Assembly (NCBI RefSeq): GCF_018350175.1
Contig: NC_058368.1
Location: 106,456,001 to 106,520,000, forward strand
Direction: 5' to 3'
DNA length: 64,000 nt
DNA from: Felis catus
Lineage: Eukaryota
Shown here: one piece after another, positions 37,623-49,900 of the stretch
How the letters are laid out: each line of letters opens with the position of its first letter
Numbering within the stretch: the first letter of the stretch is position 1
The notes under the pieces: model-generated
Seen by the model: the letters and a program-made list of their open reading frames with translations, nothing else
Database searches by the model: none
What the model was told of the DNA's origin: nothing
Position numbers and translations under genes: made by a program

Positions 37623-38320
37623 TACCTAATCTTGTCTGTGCTCACGGAAATGGAGACCATCCGGAGCAAGAAGGGCTTTGTGTACTGGAGGATGAAATGC
37701 ATTTCCAAGCTTTCCGTTCCTTTTGAAGGTGGTTGCTTTCCTCCTGGCTAAAAATCAGTAATTATGTTGTTCAGTGGAGTGACTAAAATAACTGTTTACC
37801 AAAGCCCATCAATATGTTTAGATTATATATCGCCATTGGGATTTGATTAGATACATGTCTTCCTTTATTACATTTCTTTCAAATGATGATCTGTTTGTAT
37901 AAGCTGTACCTACCTGTCTTTCAGAAAGATTTTGGCTCCACTGGTAGAATCTTAAGATAATATTTGACTAAGTCATTTGTTTCATGTGACAGGAAATATT
38001 AGGGAGTTTTAAACATAAATTATTGAGAATTATGTATGAATATATATATATATAATTATGTGAATAACATGTAGGAATGTGAATTAAAGATTAGGTTATT
38101 TTCAACAGTGAAGTTTTAAAGTTGCAAAGCCTTGTAGATGAAATGAGGGAGCTCAGTTTTAAACGTAATGACTGTGGAAACCTGGATAAGTCACAGGCTT
38201 GTTTTTTATACTATGGTAACACTCTTCTAGTAAGGTTGGCTATTTTACGAAAAGAAAAAAGAAACTATGTCATAAAAATTGGTAATTTTCTAGGTCTCAT
38301 GATAATGATTTATTAAGAGC

Positions 38321-38803
38321 TATATTAGCTTTCTATTGGTCTAACAAGAGATTATCACAAACTTTGTGGCTTCACATAAATCAGAAGGTCAGCAAGTCCA
38401 ATATGAGTCTCCCTGGACTTAGATCAAGGGATGAGCAGGAATGTGCTCCTTATGGAGGCTCTTGGGGAGAGCCAGCTTGTATTTGCCAGCTTCTAGAGGC
38501 TGCTTAGGTTCCTTGGCTTATGGCCTCTTTCTCCTCTTCAAGGCCAGAAATACTGCGTCTCTGTCACCCTTATTCTATTGTCATATGTCCCTGGTTATAG
38601 CCAAGAAGTGCTCCAACTCTGAAGGACTCACGTGATTTTATGGAATTCACACAGATAATTCATGATAATCTCAAATTCTTTAACTTAAATCACATTTGCA
38701 AAGTCCTGTGTAAGGAAGTGCTGTGTAAGGGAACATACTCACTGATTCCAAGAATTGGGGTGTAGACATCTTTGATGGGGAGCCTATCATTCTGCTTTCC
38801 ACA
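38321..38803 (-). mobile_element. MLT1-type solo LTR
   Basis: tatattagctttctattg...ccagcttctagaggctgc...tcacatttgcaaagtcc...cattctgctttccaca; reverse of the 32255 LTR architecture. Confidence 0.85.
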
Positions 38804-40149
38804 GAGCAGGTGATTTCTAGGTGAAGTAAAGGAGATAAAAATCTCTACGAAAAAGTGTGTATTTGTCCTGATACAGTCTACTTAGATGGCGTATTTCTGA
38901 CAATTACATGACTACAGTGGCTCACATAAAGTTTGTAATCAATTCAAACTGCAGTTTAGTTTTCTATTACTCAGGGCTAACTCCTGAGCAGATGGTATTT
39001 ATTTCAATAAATTTTCAATTTTTTCTTTTTTAAACTCGCTTTTTTATCAATTAAATTCATGTCCAAATTATGACTGCTTGATTTGGTGTATCTGATATCC
39101 AATGAGACTTTAGGGTTAGCACTAACAATCAAAAGAGGATTAACTTCTCAACCTTGAAACAAATAAAAATTTACCTATGGTTCTTAGAAATGAATTTTAA
39201 TGAAAAGCAATTTAGTTTTATTTAATGAGGTTTTCTACGCTTTTAGTGGCCAAGGCATTCTCATGACTGAGAATAAATGTAAATAAAATTATGCTTTCAG
39301 TGTTTACCAAATCCAGCTGGTTGTAGACATGTGCAAATCCTCTGTTTTGCAGCTCTACAAACAGCTCTTTGATTTCTTCATTGGTATCTCTGACCTCTGA
39401 TTTTTTTTCCTTAATGTCTGGTAAAATGAGTTCTTGCAGACCATGAGCCATTCTTTGTTATCAGGCTGATAGTGTGGGAAGAAGAGGAGCTCATCACGTT
39501 TGAAGCCCCACACGTTTTGTACTGGGCTTTACTCCAGGCAGAAGAAGACAGATGTAGGTCAAAGAAACCAGGCAGGCAAACTGATTTTTCTTAGAAGCTG
39601 AGTTAGTTTAAGATTGCAGCAGTGACAACCATGTCTATTAAGGTAAACAGTAAGATTTCGCTTTCCCTGACCTTTTTAAGTTTAATGAAAAACAGTCACC
39701 GAGAGAGAAATGGACAGTGAAGCCAGAACAGAAAATAGGGCCAGGCATTCATATGCACCACGGTGTAAGTAGGACCCTGGAATTTACAATAGAAAAATTT
39801 AAAAGCAAACTCACTCCAGGATATTGTTAAGCAATTTTCTTAAGTAATAAGTAAATCAGAAGAGACAAGAAAATACACAGCTAACATATATATGTTAGTT
39901 AAGGGTGATGCTCTAGTAGAGAAAAGAATAAAGTTCCTGAAAGCTTCACTTTTCTTCAAAAGTTTTTGTGCCTGTTTTTCTGTTGTAATTCTTGCATATG
40001 CAGCCCAATTGGGTTGGCTGAATACCACAACTCAGGCAACCCAAATCCCCTACAGACATTGACATTGTGTCTTCTCATCAAATTTTTCTGGAATAAACTC
40101 TGCATTCATCCTCACTTTGCGAGAGCTGTAATCACATGCCCCCATCTCA

Positions 40150-40333
40150 TAGGCAACAACAGTCCCCATTCGCCATCTGAGAACAAGGGCTTCTGGGACA
40201 CAGGGCCTTCGGTCTTAAAACTGGGACAGTCCTGAGGAAATCATTTTGGTTTGAGTGGGTTCCTAGATATGCAAGACTTTGAGTGCTAAAACCTGGAAAG
40301 TCCTCAGCCAACTGAGAAAATTTGTTGACCCTA
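40150..40333. mobile_element. hAT-Tip100 (MER96B-like) DNA transposon relic
   Basis: Two imperfect copies of gactttgagtgctaaaacctggaaagtcc, ending ttgttgacccta. Confidence 0.5.
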
Positions 40334-41100
40334 CCTAGTCCCTTGCCTTAGAGTATACTACAGAACTTGTATGTAAGCTACTTGGAAATAGCTGCCAATT
40401 GTTTGCTACAAGGGTCAGTAAAGTTCCTGCCACTTGGGGAAAGACCATGTCCTGAGAATGAGCCAATGCATTGAAAAACACTACTAAGAAGGCAGAGTAA
40501 AAGGGTGAGTTCTCTTCTTTTTGTTATTTGATACTGATAGTACGTCTGTGTCTAAACATCCTAAATTCTGAATATATTCTTTGGATTTTTAATTTCTGTT
40601 GGTAAATTCCCCCCCTTTTTTTTTAAACTTGAACAGGATGGATTTTCTGTCATAAGTCACTTAAATTTCACATTTTCTCATATGGTAGCAAGTTACATGT
40701 CAAAGAGTCTAGACCAATTCTTTTTTTATCACCAGCTTTTATTAAACAGTATTTGATGATATCAGGCTTTAGTTTTTGCCAGTGATGTTACATGGTACTG
40801 AATTGTTAGTAGACTTTCAATTTCCTTGAATAACAGTGATGTTAAAAAAAAATGTCAATTTTTTTTTCTTGCTTTCTGGAAGTCTAGATTGAGATTAGTA
40901 TTCCAAATCCTTGGACCATTTTGGTATTGGTTGTTTGTATTTTCCTAATTGGTTAGTTGGTTTTTATTTTTACATATTCTAAGTTGTTGCCTGTCTTCCA
41001 GTATTGCTTCATTAGACATACATAAATTTTTTATATTGGTGTAGTGAAATTTATTGATCTCCTTTTATAGCTTTGTGTATGTGTGTGTGTATGTGTATTA

Positions 41101-41307
41101 TTTTTTTAATTTCTATTTGAGGGAGGGAGGGAGAGAAAGAGAAAGCAAGAGACAAGGGCAAAGGGAGAAAGAGAAAGAGAGAATCCTAAGCAGTCTCCAC
41201 TTTTAGAGTGGAGCCAGATGTGGGGCTAAATCCCAGGACCTTGGGATCATGACTTGAGCCAAAATCAAGAGTTGGACACTCACCCAACTGAGCCATCCAG
41301 GCGCCCC
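41101..41307 (-). mobile_element. CAN-SINE (older subtype)
   Basis: Head gagccatccaggcgcccc; GA-rich body. Confidence 0.9.
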
Positions 41308-41335
41308 ATGTATATGTTATTTTTAAAAACAGCCT

Positions 41336-41466
41336 GGGGCACCTGGGTGGCTCCGTTGTTGAAGCATCCGACTTTAGCCAAGGTCATGATATCGTGGTTT
41401 CTGACTTCAAGCCCTGCACTGAGCTCTGCACTGACAGTGTGGAGTGTGATTGGGATTGTCTCTCTT

Positions 41467-41498
<32 letters not shown>

Positions 41499-41590
41499 CC
41501 CCCTCCCCTCTGCCTGCCCCTCCCCCGTTTGCACACATGTGCATGTTCTCTCTCTGTCTCAAAAATAAATAAATAAAAATAAAATAAAAA
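41336..41590 (+). mobile_element. CAN-SINE, divergent from its neighbour
   Basis: ggggcacctgggtggctc head, (CT)n, A-rich tail. Confidence 0.93.
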
Positions 41591-41924
41591 CTTATCCCTA
41601 CTATGAGATTTTTTTCACACTCTCTTCTAAAATTTGTTGTCTCTCATATGTAGGTGTTTACTCAATTTGAATTCTGTGTGTGAGCTAGACACTTCAACTT
41701 AGCCAAAGGGAAAGTCAACTCCATTTATTCCTTTCCCAGCTGACATAAAGCAACATTTCTTCTTCAACTGAGTTCACCATATATGCTTGGATGTATTTTT
41801 GAAGTCTGTAATACATATAACAGCATGATTAGTTTATGCCTGCTTCAATACAACATTGTTGAAAAAATTACTACAGCTTTATAGTTAATCTTGACATCAG
41901 GAGGTTCTGGGTTTTTTCTCTCTT

Positions 41925-42124
41925 AAAAAAATTTTTTTTTTACTGTTTATTTATTTTTGAGAAAGAGAGGGAGGGAGGAAGGAGAGGGAGACACAGAATC
42001 CAAATCAGGCTCCAGGCTCCAAGCTGTCAGCAGAGTCCGACGTGGGGCTCAAACTCAAAAACCATGAGATCATGACCTGAGTTGAAGTCGGACGTTTAAC
42101 CGACTGAGCCACCCAGGTGCCCCT
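41925..42124 (-). mobile_element. CAN-SINE
   Basis: Full body; TSD-like tttctctctt/tttctctttt. Confidence 0.93.
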
Positions 42125-42480
42125 TTCTCTTTTTTTTATATGAATTTTAGAAAGTTTTTTCCTTGTAAAATCTTTTTGATGTTTTGATCAGAACTGCAGT
42201 TGTCATATAGATTTGTTTAGGGAGAATTGATATCTTTAGTGTTCCTCTCTTTCAACAAGGTGTAATCTGTTACTTCATCTTCTTAAATGCCTTTAATAAA
42301 GTTTTAAAATTCTCTCCATTAAACCTTTCTAACTTTTATTTTAATTGTATTGAAATCAATCCCCAAATTCTTTAACATCTCTGCCTTTACATTTTTTCAT
42401 TTCAGATAGGTTGGAAGGAGTCTGTACTTACATGTTTGTCTGTGTTTTGTGCCTAGCAATGTTGGTTCTAATATATATAT

Positions 42481-42678
42481 ATTTTCATGTTTATTTATGA
42501 GAGAGAGAGAGAGACAGAACATTAGCAGAGGAGGGGCAGAGCAAGAGGGAGACACAGAATCTGAAGAAGTCTCCAGGCTCTGAGCTGTCAAAACATAGCC
42601 TGGTACGGGGCTTGAACCACAAGATCATGACGTGAGCCGAAGTCGGATGCTTAACCAACTGAGCCACCCAGGCACCCC
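42481..42678 (-). mobile_element. CAN-SINE
   Basis: Full body ending gagccacccaggcacccc. Confidence 0.93.
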
Positions 42679-42757
42679 TCTAATAATTTTTTTCATGTAA
42701 CCTCTAGAGTATTTGATTTGATTATATAATTTGGAAGCAAAGTCTACTCTGTGCATT

Positions 42758-42769
42758 TGTGTGTGTGTG

Positions 42770-42819
<50 letters not shown>
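42758..42819. repeat. (TG)n microsatellite
   Basis: Long TG run with one interruption. Confidence 0.97.
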
Positions 42820-42821
<2 letters not shown>

Positions 42822-42829
42822 ACAAGGAT

Positions 42830-43620
42830 CTTCAGTAGAATATTGAAGAATAGTGATTACAGTGAGTGTTCAGTCATGCTCTATTTACTATTTTGTTTGA
42901 TTCATGAACATGGAATATATCTCCGTTTATTTAAATCTTTTTAAAATTTCTTCCAAAAATGTCTTGTAGTTTTCACTGTACAGGTTTCACTCTTCCTTTA
43001 TTGAATTTATTACTAAATATTTTGATCTTCTTTGATGGTACTGTGAATAGAATTGTCATTTTAATATCATTTTGAGATTATGAGAAAATAAAATACAATT
43101 ACTAGTTGGTGGAAATACAGTTTATTTTTGTGTATTTGTATCTTTTGTATATTTTTGTATTTTTAATATTACTCTTAAAACCTTGGACCTTACTGATTTC
43201 ATTTAATCTGATGATAGGTCTCGAGGTTTTTATTTTTTGTGTATATATGAATTTCTCACAGTTTTCTATATATAAGATGATGTCTGAAAAGACCATTTGA
43301 TTTTTTTTCCTTTCCAATGTAGCTGCCTCTTCTTTTTCTTGCCTAATTATAATGACACTACTCTCTAGTATAATATTGATTAGAAGTGGTGAGAATGGAC
43401 ATCTATGTTTTGTTTCCAATCTTAATGCTGTCAATATTTTACAATTAATTTGATGACAGTTGTAGGTTTTACTAAATTCCTTTTACAAGTTTTAGGAAGT
43501 TTTCTTTGATTCCTCAGTTATCGTTAAGAGTTTTTATCATAAATACTAGATTGTCAAATGTTTTTGTCTTATTCCCTTAATATGGTGTATAATATTAATT
43601 GATTCTCAGTTGGATAATTT
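42830..43620 (-). mobile_element. Ancient L1 ORF2 (RT) fragments
   Basis: ORF 43102-43434 LRLETKHRCPFSPLLINIILE...IRQEKE resembles [21 protein letters not shown]...IRQQKE. Confidence 0.75.
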
Positions 43621-43829
43621 ATTTTTCAACTAATTTTCCCCCATGTAGTGCTGGTAGGCCCAGATTCCCAGTTCTTACATCCTCTGATCGCCTATAGCTC
43701 TCCATATAAATGCATAAGTGTATGTCCATGTGCATAAATATGCATAAATTTATGTATGTACACATACACTTGCATTTAATTGTATTTATTTCCTTACCTT
43801 ATAAATGTCCACATGACATGACACAAATG

Positions 43830-44050
43830 CAATGGGCTTTGGAGCAACATAAACCGAATTTAAACCCTAGGATTTAAACTGAGTCCTGGGAAAATGACTT
43901 CATGGTCTAAAAGTGTTTATTCATCTCTGGAAAGACACTGCTAACAGCATTCCTGAGTGCTTGTGAAGATGAGTGAGATAATTTAAGTAATGGCTGTTAC
44001 AGGCATGCAACACAGTTCGTGGCACATGATAGATGGTGAAAAATGTTAAT
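43830..44050 (+). mobile_element. MIR relic
   Basis: atgggctttggagc...tcatctctggaaag...gcttgtgaagatgagtgagataat...cgtggcacatgatag. Confidence 0.6.
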
Positions 44051-44632
44051 TGTATCTGTTTCACATCCATTTATATAATCTGCCCAAGACCTGCCATGGG
44101 TGCCAAGTATATTTTTGTTGAGTTGTATATCGACCAGTCCTATCAGTAAACTAGGGAAGGTGCCACAGTACAGGCTCCTGGTAACACTTTGCTTGTTCCG
44201 TGAGAGGAAGAGCCTGGAATTTGTCCTTAACACCACCTTTTACATCTAAGAAGAATTTTCAGATTCCTACATGATTTTCTCTGCGTTAAAATCTTCTATG
44301 AAGACAATCATACATGGAGCTGAAGGAATTTTTACCCTTTGAGGCAAGGAAATAAAATCCTAATAAGGTAGGTTCATAGCACCATTTTCATAAGACTAGC
44401 TACTAGGAAAGATTACTGTTGGCTGATTAGTCTTTTGAACTGCGTGTGTGTAGAGCAAGGTCATAAAATGTGGCCTCATGCAAATGAAAGCCAGCAGTCT
44501 ACACCCACCCCCTAAAGCTTTAATAGAATCAAGTGCATGACTAGGATTTGCTATTGTTAGGTAAGGCAGTCAGTGAAAACACTAAACAGATAGATACTCA
44601 CCTTAGTTTATAATTTATACAAAGCTGTTTAT

Positions 44633-44860
44633 ATTTTTTAGAAAATTTTTTAAAGTTTGTTTCGTTATTTTGAGAGAGAGAGAGAGAGAGAGCATGCACA
44701 AGTGCGGGAGAGGCAGAGAGAAGGAGAGACAGAATTCCAAGCAGGCCCTGCGCCATCAGGGCACAGCCTGATGTGGGGTTCTAACTGATGAACAGTGAGG
44801 TCGTGACCTGTGCCAAGATCAAGAGTGGGATGCTTAACCCACTATGCCACCCAAGCGCCC
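44633..44860 (-). mobile_element. CAN-SINE
   Basis: (GA)n body, head ccacccaagcgccc. Confidence 0.92.
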
Positions 44861-45503
44861 TATAGAAAGGTGTTTAGATTTATATGGCTGTAAACCTTGG
44901 CTAGAATCAGAAAAACAATCCAAAGTCATAAAATTGTTTAACTTCAGGAAAACAATTAGATAGTTGAGGAAGACTCTCAAATTGCTAAAATCACAGTAAA
45001 AGATAAAATCACCTAACTTAATGGCCTTAAAAAAGGAGAAGAGAGATTGACAAAGAATCCATAAAGCCTTATTCATCATGAAGAATTAAGTGAATTAAGT
45101 ACTCAGTATTTTCCAATTAGATAAAGGGTGTTGATTTTATAAGGCATTTAACTATCCCTTACTAGTAACTATGTACTAGATGCCAGAATTTACTTGAATT
45201 ATGTCATGTAATCTTCAGAGCAGTTCTGCCCAACACCGACTATTATCATTATAATTTAGGCCAACTGAGGCTTTGATGTATAAACCTCTTTGGTAAGTAA
45301 CATTGCTGAGTTGCTCATATTTTCTGAGTACTTGTAAACCATTGCTGTTTCTCTCAGACCATTTTAAGTGATAGAAGAATTAATAAATTCTAATGAAGAA
45401 ATCAGTGGGCATACTTTGACTTTTAAAATGGATAACATATTTGAAGCTTCATCTTCTCCAGTTTCCTTTCCACGGAAGTTTGAATTATCCTCTCTGATTT
45501 CTG

Positions 45504-45727
45504 TTTGTTGTTTTTTTTAATCTTTCTAATTATTTTTGAAGGACAGAGAGAGACAGAGCATGAGCAGAGGAGGAGCAGAGAGAGAGAGGGAGACACAGAA
45601 TTCAAAGCAGGCTCCAGGCTCTGAGCTGTCAGCACAGAGCCCAATGCGGGGCTCGAACCCACAAAGTGTGAGATCATGACCTGAGCTGAAGCCGGATGCT
45701 CAACCGACTGAGCCAGCCAGGAGCCCC
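45504..45727 (-). mobile_element. CAN-SINE
   Basis: TSD tatcct(c/t)tctgatttct. Confidence 0.95.
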
Positions 45728-46412
45728 TATCCTTTCTGATTTCTTTAATGATTAGTGCTCCTCCTGTTTATTTGTGGTGTCCACTGTAGCAGGTGCTGTG
45801 TCTGAGGATAATGAAACATTTACTTAGCATGTGTTTTAGGGCTATTTACAAAGTATGTTTATAGACATCCTTTATCGCTAGTTTATATGTTTAAATATTA
45901 CCTCTTAGACTGTTGGATTTTAGTTCTTGATTGCTCTCATTTCTGTAGGAATAGAGCACTTGGCTAAAAAGATTAAGTGTGTAGTAAGAGGGAAGTGGCC
46001 AGAAGATCAAATTAAATTCCCTTTGTTAAATGTACTCTGTTTCTATGTTGATACACAAGCTCCAAAAGGGTGTGAGATGCTTGTGAGAATAGATTCACAA
46101 GTAGCTCTTAAAACTTAAGTCCCACTCACGCCAAAATCTGTAAGTTTTTTGTTCCATCTATTGTTTGAGTCCTAGCCAACAGAACAGCCCTTTATCTTGG
46201 TAAAGAGAATGTTCATAAACCTCCAACTTTTAAACATTACTCTTGGGACCCCATAATGAGAATAGAGAGAAATAACAAAGAAATATAAGTTGATGGCAAT
46301 GTATCATCTGTCTCTAAAACCTGGAATCAGTTAATTTATATTATTTGGGGAAAATACTGGTTATCTTGATTACCAGGGAATGTATTTCATTAAATAGAAG
46401 CAACTACTGACT

Positions 46413-46588
46413 TGGGTGCCTGGCTGGGTCAGTTGGTTAAGCATTGGCTCAGGTCATGATCTCACGGTTCTTGAGTTCCAGCCTTGCACTGTCAGCGCAG
46501 AGCCTTCCTGGGATTTTCTCTCTCTCTCCTCTCTTTCTTCCCCTACCCCCCACCCCACTCTCAAAATAAATAATCTTAAAAAAAAAGA
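46413..46588 (+). mobile_element. CAN-SINE
   Basis: Head gggtgcctggctgggtcag; TSD-like agaagcaactact/agaagtaactatt. Confidence 0.9.
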
Positions 46589-46636
46589 AGTAACTATTAA
46601 GTTGACAAAGATTATTTACTTAAAATACATAAGGAT

Positions 46637-47458
46637 ATTTGTTTTTTGTGTGTGGAGTTGACACATGAAAAGATGCTCAACATCACTCATCATCAGGGAA
46701 ATACAAATCAAAACCACAATGAGATATCATCTCACACCTGTCAGAATGGCTAAAGTTAGCAACTCAGGAAACAGCCAATGTTGGTAAGGATGTGGAGAAA
46801 GGAGAACCGTTTTGTACTGATTAGAATGCAAACTGGGGCAGCCATTCTGAAAGATAGTGTGGAGTTTCCTCAAAAAATTAAAAATAGAGCTACCCTATGG
46901 CCCAGTAAGTGCACTACTAGGAATTTATCCAAAGGATACAAAAATGCTGATTCAAAGGGGTACATGCACCCCACTGTTTATAGCAGTGCTATCAACAGTA
47001 GCCAAATTATGGAAAGAATTCAAATGTCCATCAGCTGATGAATGGATAAAGAAGTGTGAATGTGATACACATATAAAATGGAATACTACTTGGCGATGAA
47101 AATGAAATCTTTCCATTTGCAGTAACATGGATGGAACTGACAGTAGTATCCTAAGCAAAATAAGTCAGAGAAAGACAAATATATGATTTCACTCATGTGG
47201 AATTTGAGATACTCAACAGATGATCATAGGGGAAGGGAAGGAAAAATAAGATAAAAACGGAGAGGGAGGCAAACCATAAGAGACCCTTAAATACAGAGAA
47301 CAAACTGAAGTTTGCTGGAGAAAGTGGGTGAGTGGGGGTGTGGGTTAATTGGATGATAGGCATTGAGGAGGGCACTTGTATGGATGTAGGAGATGAATCA
47401 CTGTGTTCTACCCCTGAAGCCAAGACACTGTATGTTAACTAACTTGAATACAATTTAA
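46637..47458 (+). mobile_element. 5'-truncated carnivore L1 (ORF2 end + 3'UTR) with a short 5' inversion
   Basis: ORF 46857-47099 [11 protein letters not shown]...CTPLFIA; TSD aaaatacataaggat (46622-46636) / aaattacgtaaggat (47459-47473). Confidence 0.93.
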
Positions 47459-47840
47459 AAATTACGTAAGGATGCCCTAATGGTTTGCATTGTTATCATT
47501 AACTATTTTAAATGTCACTAGAAAATTAGAAATTCTACAGTTATCCTTTTTTGCTGTCCCTTTCTGAATGGATACTATTCCTAGGACCATCATTTGGAAA
47601 TGGTGTTAACAAAACAAACCATATTTTAAAAAATAGCTACAAGGAATCTATGCTTCCTAGAAAACTAAAAAAATTCTTGTTTTAATTGCACTAATGACTG
47701 TCTTGGGGCAGTCTATGCCTCAAAACATTAGCAAGCTTGGGCTATAGATGGCTTTATATCCTAAATGGCTCCTACTCAGGAGGCATTAAACACAGTCGTG
47801 TAATTACTGCTCACATGAATGTGTTAAATGTACATTTGTT

Positions 47841-48040
47841 GGGGTGCCTGGGAGCCTCAGTCAGTTAAGCGTCTGACTTTGGTTCACATCGCCGTCACAC
47901 AGGTCATGAGTTTGAGCCCCGTGTCCGGGTCTGTGCTGACAGCTCAGATCCTGCTTCGGATTCTTTACCTCCCTCTCTCTCTCTCTGCTAGTCTCCTGCT
48001 TGTGCTCCCTCTCTCAAAAATAAGTAAATCAACATTTACA
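47841..48040 (+). mobile_element. CAN-SINE
   Basis: ggggtgcctgggagcctcag head, CT body, tail. Confidence 0.92.
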
Positions 48041-49100
48041 AAATGTATAATTTTTGGTAAAAATAAAACAAATAAACTTGATGTGATACTGGCAAGCATA
48101 GAATTTATCATATTGTTAGTGACTTACCTTCTCAGAAATGTTTGTTTCTGACATAGTAACTAAAAAAATATTAGAGCAATGAATTTGGTGGAGCCGATCC
48201 CCTGTACAATTGAACAAGGATCCCAGGGATCATATGCTTATATTCATGATTCTTAACATTCTGAAAAAGCAGTTTTCAAAATTGCCTTTGGTTCTCACAT
48301 GGGGCAATTGCCCACTGTGGGAAATCTCCCCCAAGTAAGGGCAACTGCAGAGTTTACACTGAAACGCTCCATGTGTCCAGTGCTGTGCTGGGATTCTTCT
48401 GTAGGCAGTTATTTCTGGTTGTGTCGGATTCTTAGTCTGAAGAGCCATTGATGGTGAAGACTGCCACCCACCGAAGTTCAAAGTTAGCTGAACTATGCAG
48501 GGAAAAGCCCCATCCTTTACTTTGTCCAGGGTGCATAATGCCATGTCTTTCCTGCACCTTGAGGAAAGAAAGAATTCTGAGAATGGGAGTGCTATGACAA
48601 AGTCACAAAAGAATGGAAACTTGTACTTTCAGGTTGATTAACAATTGTAGCTTCAATGGGTGTGTGCCATGACTAGAATTCTCATGTATTATTTAGTCTT
48701 AGACCTTAGGGGAAGAGCAGTTTTGACTGTATGTGGGATAGGTGGGGAATTAGGTGCTGGACAGAAACCTTTGAGCCCCAGGAGGGAGCATCTGGTAATA
48801 AGAAACTCAGTTCAGTGCAGTATCCAGTAAACCATGGGGGGAATGGTGAGTGTGAATGTGATATATTAAGGAAAAACCACAGCCTAGTGGGAGGAGTGGA
48901 AAGGAGATGACATGTTCTCCTGTTTCCTAGCCTATTTCCATTCTTCATTCTACCCCATTTCTCCATCGTATTTCATGTCAGGGGTATCCTTCCACATGGA
49001 AATCTTTTCTCCTCTGGATTCCTCTCATTCATCTCAATGAAAACACTGAGTCTTTGAGTGTCCTCTGAACATTGTGACTGGCATGTACCCATAGACAAAG

Positions 49101-49222
49101 TTGTTTTTTTTTTTAAGATTTTAATTTTTAGGTAATCTCTATGCCCAATGTGAGGCTTGAGCTCACAGCAACCCCAAGATCAAGAGTCACATGTTCTAGC
49201 AACTAAGCCAGCCAGGTGTCCC
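49101..49222 (-). mobile_element. Short CAN-SINE variant lacking (CT)n
   Basis: Same structure as 11773-11892; TSD catagacaaa. Confidence 0.87.
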
Positions 49223-49313
49223 ATAGACAAATTTTAGAACTCTCACCCCACTCTCCTGCCCACCCACTGAATAAGAAAACTTGAAAATAACATAAAAAAT
49301 CAAATGTATCTCC

Positions 49314-49536
49314 TTTTTAAATTTTTTTTTTTTATTTCTTTATTTGGAGAGAAAGAGAGAGAGCGTGAGAGAGCATGCGAGTGAGCACAAGCAGATGAGG
49401 GGCAGAGAGAGAATCCCAAGCAGGCTCCACGCTCTGGGCTGAGCCCGAGGCAGGGCTCAGTCTCATGACCATGAAATCTTGACCTGAGTGGAAAGCAAGA
49501 GTCGGACATGTAATCAAGTGAGCCACTCAGGAGCGT
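49314..49536 (-). mobile_element. CAN-SINE
   Basis: TSD tcaaatgt(a/g)tctccttt. Confidence 0.93.
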
Positions 49537-49639
49537 CAAATGTGTCTCCTTTTCAAGACAAAAGAAAAGACTCTGAAACGTTTCATGTTTTGTCCTCTTT
49601 TGTGGATTCTTTTTCCAGTTAGTCTTCCTGTTTAAATTT

Positions 49640-49900
49640 TGGTGGTTGTCAGAGTTTTATCCTTGGTCCTTTTGCATTCATTCTCTGTATACCTTCTCTG
49701 GATTAGCAGTACCACGCATCGGACTTGGATTATGACAGTGACTCCCAAGTGCAACTACAACTCTGGCTTATTTCTTGAAGCCCTGATCCATAATCCCCAT
49801 CTCCTACTGGACACCTTCAACTCAGCGGTGACCAGACCCCACAGCCACAGCATGTGCAAAACCAAACTCATTACCCTTTCCTCCATACCCCCCAACCTTT
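49640..49900 (+). mobile_element. L2 fragment
   Basis: gactcccaag...ctcctactggacaccttcaac...agcatgtgcaaaaccaaactcatt. Confidence 0.7.

Noticed and set aside
48230..48575. 104-aa minus-strand ORF with a pyrimidine-rich acceptor
   Set aside because: No recognisable motif and no strong donor
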